Part shown: in pieces, positions 46,391 through 54,133 of the stretch | How positions within the stretch are numbered: position 1 is the stretch's first letter | How the letters are laid out: the number at the start of each line of letters is the position of its first letter | Assembly (NCBI GenBank): GCA_944383905.1 | Contig: CALWRI010000006.1 | Coordinates: 3,883-67,882, forward strand | Reading direction: 5' to 3' | Length of the DNA: 64,000 bases | From: an uncultured Christensenellaceae bacterium | Lineage (GTDB): Bacteria; Bacillota; Clostridia; Christensenellales; UBA3700 | Made by a program: the position numbers and the translations under genes | Notes under the pieces: model-generated | Databases searched by the model: none | What the model was told of the DNA's origin: nothing | Seen by the model: only the letters and a program-made list of their open reading frames with translations

Positions 46391-46424
46391 CTTACTTGCC
46401 TCCTGAAGTTAGTCCTACTCAAAT

Positions 46425-46453
46425 ATTATATATATATAATAAAAATAAGTCAA
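46425..46453 (-). promoter_or_regulatory. candidate sigma-A promoter of secDF
   Basis: Minus strand TTGACT-17 nt-TATAAT, about 35 nt upstream of the secD start. Confidence 0.5.
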
Positions 46454-46546
46454 TAAAAGTTTGACTCTTTTTTTGCGTTTGATTCACTTTTTGAGCAGTT
46501 TTGCCGTTTTTGCGCTTCCCTCATACCTCTGTCGCAAAAAACGGAT

Positions 46547-46571
46547 AAAAAAAATCTCCCCTTTCGGGGAG
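46547..46571 (-). terminator. rho-independent terminator after the SCIFF maturase gene
   Basis: Minus strand CUCCCC-gaaa-GGGGAG followed by AUUUUUUUU. Confidence 0.8.
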
Positions 46572-46595
46572 AATAGGTATGCCGCGTTTCCCGCT

Positions 46596-47960
46596 TTACT
46601 CTCCGCAGGCTTCGATCGCCGCTATCGCGAGAGAGAGCTCAAAGCGCTTTTTCATCATCGCACAGCTTATGTCGTAAGGCTTGTTCATATCGCCGGCGAA
46701 GTTGAGATTGTTCGCGACGCAACCGCCGCTGCAATAGTACTTTGCGGGGCAGTTTGCGCAATCGGGCTTGTTGGTGACGATATTTTGCGCGAATATCTCC
46801 GAAACGCTCTTGTCATAGCCGAAACCTTGGAGCACGTTGCCCATTTTGTAAGGATTTCTTTCCGCAAACTGATGGCAGGGATATATATCCCCCCTCGGAG
46901 TGACGGCGAGGTATTCGCAACCGCTGCCGCAACCCGTCAGGCGTTTTACGACGCAGGGACCGCCCTCGAGATCGTACATGAAATGGAAGAAGTTGAACCA
47001 TTTGTCCTTGGTCCTGCGCCTTTCTATATACGCCTTCGCGAGCTTTTCGTATTCCCTGAAAATCGCGGGAAGATGCTCTTTTCTTATCTGAAGATCCGGA
47101 AGATCCGTGACGACCGGCTCCATCGAGATCTGATCGAAGCCGCAGTCGTTGAGATAGAGCACGTCATTGCAGAAATCGAGATTTTTTGCGGTGAAAGTAC
47201 CGCGGACGTAATACGATTTGTCTCCGCGGATCTTGCGAAATTCGAGCGCGTTGTTGAGTATCGCGTCAAACGCGTCCGCTCCGCTCGGAGTCTTTCTGAC
47301 CGCGTTGTGAATCTCTCTCCTGCCGTCTATGCTCAATACGACGTTGTACATATTGTCATTGAGCCATTTCCTGTTTTCCTCGTTGAGGAGCAGGCAGTTG
47401 GTCGTCATCGTAAACGAGAAGGTCTTTCCCGTCGACGCTTCGAGAGAACGCGCATATTCGACGACCGCCCTGACGGTCTTCATGTTCATCAGCGGCTCTC
47501 CGCCGAAGAAGTCGATCTCGAGACTCTTCCTGTTACCGCTGTTGGCAATCAGAAAGTCGACCGCACGCAGTCCGACTTCCACAGGCATGTGCGCCTTGTC
47601 CGCCGTGCGGTAAGTGCCCTCGTCCGCAAAACAGTAACGGCAACGCAGATTGCAGTCGTGACAGATGTGAAGGCACAGCGCCTTTATCTCCCCGATCCTC
47701 TTTTTCGTCTGCGTGACCGTACACGGACTGTCGAGCACGCCGTCCGCAACGAGACGGTCGAGCTCTCCGTTTATCTCCTCTTTTTCAGACTGCGGAAGGG
47801 CGCGAAGCTCCTCCGCCTCGTCTGCCTGCAACGGCAAAGCGAGTCGTTCTTTTATACATAAAAAAGTGACACGATCCACATTGTGCAGACTGCCACTTTC
47901 GCTGTCGAAGGCAAAATAATGCGTTTTGCCTCCGTAGGTAAAGCCGAACGGATGAGTCAT
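46596..47960 (-). CDS. scfB: radical SAM/SPASM thioether-forming SCIFF peptide maturase
   Basis: 454 aa. CNLRCRYCF radical SAM cluster and a SPASM Cys-rich C-terminus (CGSGCEYLAVTPRGDIYPCHQ, CANCPAKYYCSGGCVAN). It starts 6 nt after the SCIFF precursor stop. Confidence 0.9.
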   Translation of the reverse strand: MTHPFGFTYGGKTHYFAFDSESGSLHNVDRVTFLCIKERLALPLQADEAEELRALPQSEKEEINGELDRLVADGVLDSPCTVTQTKKRIGEIKALCLHICHDCNLRCRYCFADEGTYRTADKAHMPVEVGLRAVDFLIANSGNRKSLEIDFFGGEPLMNMKTVRAVVEYARSLEASTGKTFSFTMTTNCLLLNEENRKWLNDNMYNVVLSIDGRREIHNAVRKTPSGADAFDAILNNALEFRKIRGDKSYYVRGTFTAKNLDFCNDVLYLNDCGFDQISMEPVVTDLPDLQIRKEHLPAIFREYEKLAKAYIERRRTKDKWFNFFHFMYDLEGGPCVVKRLTGCGSGCEYLAVTPRGDIYPCHQFAERNPYKMGNVLQGFGYDKSVSEIFAQNIVTNKPDCANCPAKYYCSGGCVANNLNFAGDMNKPYDISCAMMKKRFELSLAIAAIEACGE

Positions 47961-47966
47961 CTCATC

Positions 47967-48140
47967 TCAAAGCAACGGCTTTTTGACGGTGTTTACTTTT
48001 TCGTCTCTGTTTTTGCAACTCTGATTGCCGACCGTGCAGCTCGTCTTGCAAGCGCTCTGGCAGCTGGACTGACATTCGCCGCAACCGATGTTTCCGCTCT
48101 TTTTCATGCCGTTTACGGCAATGCTGTTGATATGTTTCAT
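47967..48140 (-). CDS. scfA: SCIFF (six-cysteine) ranthipeptide precursor
   Basis: Not in the ORF track because it is under 60 aa. My translation: MKHINSIAVNGMKKSGNIGCGECQSSCQSACKTSCTVGNQSCKNRDEKVNTVKKPLL. The GCGECQ.SCQSACKTSCTVGNQ.C signature is present. GGAGG lies 5 nt upstream of the ATG. Confidence 0.85.
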   Translation of the reverse strand: MKHINSIAVNGMKKSGNIGCGECQSSCQSACKTSCTVGNQSCKNRDEKVNTVKKPLL

Positions 48141-48287
48141 AACAACCTCCGAGATTTATTGTAAATATATTTTAATATATGCGCTGACATAAATCAAGTA
48201 TTATCCGCAAATTGTCGCATTTTTTATGCTTTTACCCTCATCATATACACGCTTTTTCCGACATATCTTTTTGTAGTGGAGGTAATC

Positions 48288-48683
48288 ATGGAAAAAGTCA
48301 AATTTACAAAATACGACGCTCTCGACGTCGTCAGAAGCGCGCTTTTCGCAATAATATTGTCTATACTGCTCGTCATGGGGTTTGCCATGATAGCAAAATT
48401 CGCAAACGTGTCCGCGGCGGTCATAGAGCCGATAAACATCGCAATCAAGATACTTTCCGTCGCCGTCGGCTGTCTCATCGGGGTCAGACACGACAGCAAA
48501 GGTCTCGTCAAAGGTCTCGTGACGGGAGTGCTGTACGCGGGTCTGACATACCTGATATTCGCCGCGGTCGGGGGGGATTTTTCACAAAACCCGATGACGG
48601 TTTACGACGTGATCGCCTGTGTGGTCGCGGGAGTATTGAGCGGCATCCTCGCCGTAAACGTAAAGCGTAAAAAAAAGGTTTGA
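48288..48683 (+). CDS. small four-TM membrane protein (YrzE/TIGR04086-like)
   Basis: 131 aa from ATG 48288 (GGAGG 6 nt upstream). Gly-rich helices (LVKGLVTGVLYAGLTYLIF, VIACVVAGVLSGILAV). The family assignment comes from architecture and from my memory of the annotation. Confidence 0.55.
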   Translation: MEKVKFTKYDALDVVRSALFAIILSILLVMGFAMIAKFANVSAAVIEPINIAIKILSVAVGCLIGVRHDSKGLVKGLVTGVLYAGLTYLIFAAVGGDFSQNPMTVYDVIACVVAGVLSGILAVNVKRKKKV

Positions 48684-48690
48684 TGACATG

Positions 48691-48721
48691 AAAAAAGACG
48701 CGTTTTTCACGCGTCTTTTTT
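48691..48721. terminator. bidirectional rho-independent terminator (membrane protein gene / yajC convergent)
   Basis: A6-AGACGCG-tttttca-CGCGTCT-T6. Confidence 0.75.
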
Positions 48722-48726
48722 GTTTT

Positions 48727-49350
48727 TCAGAATTTGAGGTCTTTGGTATCCTCGCTGTCGATGCCCGTGACGTTGGAACCGAGCTCCGAGACGTCTTCAC
48801 TCGCAGCGGTCTCGCCGTTTGCGGACTCGTCGCTTGCAGCTTCGGCTTTTGCCTTCGCGTTCTTTTTCTTCTTGCTCTTCGCAGCCTTCTTCTCCGCAGC
48901 CTGCGCGTCTTCGACGACGTCGTCAGCCGCTACCGGAGCGTCGCTTGCGGAAGCTGCCGCAGCCGCGTTGTCGCCTGCGTTTGCCGCGTTTGCGTTATCG
49001 GTACTGCCCTCGTTAACGGGAGTGAGCACGGTGTAAACCGCGCCTTTGTCGATCGTAACGAGCGCACTGCCGTCGCCGCTTGCACTGATGTCGATAACAA
49101 AAGCATTTTGCGCGTTGTCGATCATCTTGATAGTACCGATAAATCCGCCTATGGTCTTGATTTTTGTGCCGACTTTGATGCCTGCCATCATTTCCTGCGC
49201 CTTCTTCTGTCTCTTTCTCTGCGGAATGATAGACATAAGCATGGTGCCCACAAGCACTACCGCGAGGACGACGAGAATGATCCACTGTTGGCTTCCGCCG
49301 TTTCCTTCGGACGTTGTGGCATCTGCTGCCAGCATAAACAAATTGAACAT
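48727..49350 (-). CDS. yajC: preprotein translocase subunit YajC with long low-complexity C-terminal tail
   Basis: Single TM (WIILVVLAVVLVGTMLMSII), PQRKRQKK and the YajC core KVGTKIKTIGGFIGTI. 207 aa against the roughly 90-120 I expect. Confidence 0.8.
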   Translation of the reverse strand: MFNLFMLAADATTSEGNGGSQQWIILVVLAVVLVGTMLMSIIPQRKRQKKAQEMMAGIKVGTKIKTIGGFIGTIKMIDNAQNAFVIDISASGDGSALVTIDKGAVYTVLTPVNEGSTDNANAANAGDNAAAAASASDAPVAADDVVEDAQAAEKKAAKSKKKKNAKAKAEAASDESANGETAASEDVSELGSNVTGIDSEDTKDLKF

Positions 49351-49503
49351 TTTTATTCTCCTTATCAGACTTTGCGTAACAAAATCTTTGGTTTCGTGTA
49401 TATCCTATAATATAGAAATTCTTGACAAATAGCAAGTTATTTTGCCTCGCTATTTGTAAATTTTTGATTAAAAGACGTCAGACATTTGTCGAAACAAGCA
49501 AAA

Positions 49504-50637
<1,134 letters not shown>

Positions 50638-50730
50638 TCATGCGTCCGTTGCCGCGTTAAAATCGGAAAGGACTTCTTTTTGCGGATACGACTGCCGTCT
50701 TATCGAAAGCGCGCGGTCGTACAGCCTTTG

Positions 50731-51774
50731 TCAGAGTATCAGCATCGCGTCTCCGAACGAGAAAAACCTGTATTTTTCCTCAACGGCGACGGCATAGGTC
50801 TCGAGCGCGTTTTCCCTGCCCATAAACGCGCTTATCAGCATAAGCAGCGTGGATTGCGGCAGATGAAAATTGGTTATCAGGGCGTCGACGGCTTTGAATT
50901 TATAGCCGGGATAGATGAATATGTCCGTATCTCCCGAACAAGCCTGCACGGTTCCGTCTTCCGCGGCGACGCTTTCGAGCACTCTGACCGAAGTCGTACC
51001 CACGCATATCACCCTTCTGCCCTCGCGTTTTGCGCGGGTGATGATCTCCGCGTTGCGCTCGTCCACACGGTAATATTCGCTGTGCATCTTGTGATCGAGC
51101 ACGTTTTCTTCCTTTACGGGTCTGAAAGTGCCCAGCCCGACGTGAAGAAGCACGGTGGCGATCTCCACGCCTTTTTCGCGTATCCTGTCGAGAAGCTCGG
51201 GCGTGAAATGCAACCCCGCTGTCGGAGCCGCCGCCGAACCGTTGGTCTTGCAATAAACCGTCTGGTATCTGTCCTTGTCTTCGAGCTTTTTCGTGATATA
51301 CGGCGGGAGCGGCATATTGCCTATCTCGTCGAGAATATCCTCGAACACGCCGTCGAAGGTGAAGCATATATCGCGCAGTCCTTCTTCCTTGTATCCGACG
51401 ACCTCGCCCGAAAGTTTGTCCGAAAAATACAGTTTCGTGCCCACGCGGAGCTTTTTTGCCAGTCGCGTGATGCATTCCCATTTCGTATAGTCGAGGCGTT
51501 TGAGCAAAAGCACCTCGCACTCTCCCTGCGCGAGAGACCCGTCTTCGAGCACTCGCTTTGCGAAAATGCGCGCGGGTATGACCTTTGTATTGTTGACGAC
51601 GAGCACGTCGCCCTCTTTCAGATAGTCGGTCACGTCGCGGAATATCCTGTGTTCGATATTGCCGCTCGCGCGGTCGTATACGAGAAGCCGCGACGAATCG
51701 CGCGGCTCGGCAGGCGTCTGCGCTATAAGCTCTTTGGGAAGATAATAATCGAAATCGCTTGTCTTGAGTTGCAT
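50731..51774 (-). CDS. queA: S-adenosylmethionine:tRNA ribosyltransferase-isomerase
   Basis: 347 aa. MQLKTSDFDYYLPKELIAQTPAEPRDSSRLLV and GSAAAPTAGLHFT. Confidence 0.95.
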   Translation of the reverse strand: MQLKTSDFDYYLPKELIAQTPAEPRDSSRLLVYDRASGNIEHRIFRDVTDYLKEGDVLVVNNTKVIPARIFAKRVLEDGSLAQGECEVLLLKRLDYTKWECITRLAKKLRVGTKLYFSDKLSGEVVGYKEEGLRDICFTFDGVFEDILDEIGNMPLPPYITKKLEDKDRYQTVYCKTNGSAAAPTAGLHFTPELLDRIREKGVEIATVLLHVGLGTFRPVKEENVLDHKMHSEYYRVDERNAEIITRAKREGRRVICVGTTSVRVLESVAAEDGTVQACSGDTDIFIYPGYKFKAVDALITNFHLPQSTLLMLISAFMGRENALETYAVAVEEKYRFFSFGDAMLIL

Positions 51775-51775
51775 A

Positions 51776-52846
51776 TTATTCGTCCTTATCCCCCGTTTCG
51801 AGCACGTCGAGTATGCTCATCTGCCTGACTGCGCTCTGCGGGACTTTCAGTCCGAGATGTTCGTATGCGTCGGGAAGGACGATCCTTCCTCTCGGAGTGC
51901 GGGCAATAAAGGTTATCTGCATGAGATAAGGCTCGTAAACGTCTTCTATCGTACCGCTGTCCTCGCCTATCGCCGCGCTCAACGTCTCGAGTCCGACGGG
52001 TCCGCCGCCGAATTTGTCGATCATCGTCGTGAGCAGTCTGCGGTCGACGGAATCGAGCCCCAGCTTGTCTATCTCCATCTTTCCGAGAGCGTGGTCCGCC
52101 ACTTCGTAAGTGATCACGCCTTCTCCCTTTACTTCGGCAAAGTCGCGCACGCGTTTGAGTATGCGGTTGGCGATACGCGGCGTGCCGCGGCTCCTTCTCG
52201 CTATCTCGACGGCGCCGTCCTCGGTAATCTCTATGCCGAGAATGGTTGCGGAGCGCTTTACTATCTGCGCGAGCTGCTCGGGCGTGTACATTTCAAGCCT
52301 GCAATTCACGCCGAAACGGTCGCGGAGAGGTCCCGTGAGCATACCCGCCTTTGTCGTCGCTCCGATAAGAGTGAAATGCGGCAGAGAGAGCCTTATGCTC
52401 TTTGCGGTCGGACCTTTGCCGACGATGAAGTCGAGCGCGAAATCCTCCATTGCGGGATAAAGCACCTCCTCGACGTTGCGGTTGAGACGGTGTATCTCGT
52501 CGATGAAAAGTACGTCTCCCTCCCCGAGATTGGTGAGTATCGCCGCGAGATCCGCCGCCTTTTCGATCGCGGGTCCGCTCGTTATCCTGATCTGACTGCC
52601 CATCTCGCTTGCAATGATATGCGCGAGCGTCGTCTTGCCGAGTCCGGGGGGACCGTATAGCAGAACGTGGTCGAGAGCTTCGCCTCTCGCCACAGCGGCT
52701 TTGATGTATATTTCGAGATTGTCTTTTACCTTGTCCTGCCCGACGTAATCCTTCATCGTCTTGGGGCGCAGGTTGTTTTCGTTGTCCGCGTCCGACGAGA
52801 TCGGCATGGACGACATAAATCTCTCTTCGTCGTCTTCGAAATTCAT
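51776..52846 (-). CDS. ruvB: Holliday junction branch migration DNA helicase RuvB
   Basis: 356 aa. [12 protein letters not shown] and Walker [19 protein letters not shown]. Confidence 0.95.
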   Translation of the reverse strand: MNFEDDEERFMSSMPISSDADNENNLRPKTMKDYVGQDKVKDNLEIYIKAAVARGEALDHVLLYGPPGLGKTTLAHIIASEMGSQIRITSGPAIEKAADLAAILTNLGEGDVLFIDEIHRLNRNVEEVLYPAMEDFALDFIVGKGPTAKSIRLSLPHFTLIGATTKAGMLTGPLRDRFGVNCRLEMYTPEQLAQIVKRSATILGIEITEDGAVEIARRSRGTPRIANRILKRVRDFAEVKGEGVITYEVADHALGKMEIDKLGLDSVDRRLLTTMIDKFGGGPVGLETLSAAIGEDSGTIEDVYEPYLMQITFIARTPRGRIVLPDAYEHLGLKVPQSAVRQMSILDVLETGDKDE

Positions 52847-53448
52847 CTGTCAAAACTCCTTAACGCCAGAGTGATGATCTGCTCCAGCTTGTCCGTCTTT
52901 TTCATTGCCGCGCCGACCGCCGTAAACGCGTCCGTCTTCGATATGCCCAAAGACACGAGCGCAGCTATCGCGTCCGCCGCGACGCCGCTCTGCTGCTGTT
53001 CCTGTTGAGCGAAAGAATCGGAAACAGCGCCCGAAGCGACGACGGCGTCGTTCATCTGTTCGCGCAGTTCGAGCACAATGCGTTCCGCCGTCTTCTTGCC
53101 TATGCCCTTGACTTTGGAGATCGTCGCGATATCTCCGCTGACTATCGCGACTGCAAGCGTGCTCACGTCCGCCGCCGAGAGTATCTGAAGCGCCATTTTG
53201 CCGCCGACTCCGCTGACCGACGTCAGTTTCTGGAACATATTTTTTTCTTCTTTGCTGTAAAATCCGAAAAGTCTCACGTCGTCCTGCGTGACGCTCAACA
53301 CCGTGTAAACGGTACATTCGAGACCGAGTCTTCCCAGCCTCTGCAACGCGTTGTTGGACACGAGAAGTTCATAGCCTACGCCGCCAGCGGAGACTACGAG
53401 CTTGCCCTCTTCGTAATGCAAAACTTTTCCCGTGATACAATAAAACAT
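52843..53448 (-). CDS. ruvA: Holliday junction branch migration complex subunit RuvA
   Basis: 201 aa. [19 protein letters not shown] and HhH motifs ([25 protein letters not shown]). 4-nt overlap with ruvB. No SD before the ATG. Confidence 0.9.
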   Translation of the reverse strand: MFYCITGKVLHYEEGKLVVSAGGVGYELLVSNNALQRLGRLGLECTVYTVLSVTQDDVRLFGFYSKEEKNMFQKLTSVSGVGGKMALQILSAADVSTLAVAIVSGDIATISKVKGIGKKTAERIVLELREQMNDAVVASGAVSDSFAQQEQQQSGVAADAIAALVSLGISKTDAFTAVGAAMKKTDKLEQIITLALRSFDR

Positions 53449-53455
53449 ATATCTT

Positions 53456-53484
53456 ATTATAAGCTATGCGCGCGTTTTTGACAA
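53456..53484 (-). promoter_or_regulatory. candidate sigma-A promoter placing the TSS at or near the ruvA ATG (leaderless candidate)
   Basis: Minus strand TTGTCA-17 nt-TATAAT-7 nt-ATG. Confidence 0.4.
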
Positions 53485-53503
53485 CCGTTTGACAGTCAAA
53501 CGG
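53485..53503. promoter_or_regulatory. perfect 9-1-9 palindrome abutting the ruvA -35 (candidate operator)
   Basis: CCGTTTGAC-A-GTCAAACGG, read directly from the sequence. Confidence 0.4.
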
Positions 53504-53523
53504 ACAACTTTTGCCCGAAAGCG

Positions 53524-53556
53524 AAAAAACGCGGGAAGATCGCTTCCCGCGTAAAA
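53524..53556 (-). terminator. rho-independent terminator after coaE
   Basis: Minus strand CGCGGGAAG-cgau-CUUCCCGCG followed by UUUUUUCG. Confidence 0.8.
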
Positions 53557-53566
53557 ATCCGTCTGT

Positions 53567-54133
53567 TCAACCGAGTTCTTTGAGTTTTTTCGCGACGCAT
53601 TCCCGCAACTCCCGCAGACTGCCGTCGTTGACTATGACCGAATATCCTTCCTTTCTTCTCGTCTCGTCGGGCGGCTGGTGAGCCATAATCATCTCCACCC
53701 GAGAGCTGTCGCAGCTGTCGCGCGAAACGACCCTGTCTATTCTCGTCTGTCTGTCGCCGACGACAAGCCATACCTTGTCGAAATAATCCTTGAGTATCCC
53801 GCCTTCGAATACCTGCACTTCGACGAAAACGCGTTTGAGCCCCTCGGTCAACCTGTCAAGCTCCTTTTTGACGTAGGGATGCGCTATCGCGTTGAGATCC
53901 GCCATAGCCTTTTCGTCTCCGAGCACGGCTTTGGCGACTTTTTTGTTGTCCACTTCTCCGTCCGTGAGCACGTCGCCGAATCTCTCCGCGAGCTGCGCTT
54001 TGTACGCGCGGGATTTCTTGACGTCGCGGTATACGGCGTCGCAGTCGATCACGGTCTCCCCGTGTTCTTTGAGCATTGCAAGCACCGTGCTTTTGCCGCT
54101 GCCCACTCCGCCTATCACAGCGATCTTCATCAT
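53567..54133 (-). CDS. coaE: dephospho-CoA kinase
   Basis: 188 aa. P-loop IGGVGSGKSTV. Immediately downstream of polA with a 4-nt overlap, the usual polA-coaE arrangement. Confidence 0.8.
   Translation of the reverse strand: MMKIAVIGGVGSGKSTVLAMLKEHGETVIDCDAVYRDVKKSRAYKAQLAERFGDVLTDGEVDNKKVAKAVLGDEKAMADLNAIAHPYVKKELDRLTEGLKRVFVEVQVFEGGILKDYFDKVWLVVGDRQTRIDRVVSRDSCDSSRVEMIMAHQPPDETRRKEGYSVIVNDGSLRELRECVAKKLKELG

Noticed and set aside
53485-53503. The palindrome upstream of ruvA as a LexA (SOS/Cheo) box.
   Set aside because: CCGTTTGAC-A-GTCAAACGG does not fit the Firmicute LexA consensus GAAC-N4-GTTC, so it is reported only as an unassigned operator-like palindrome.
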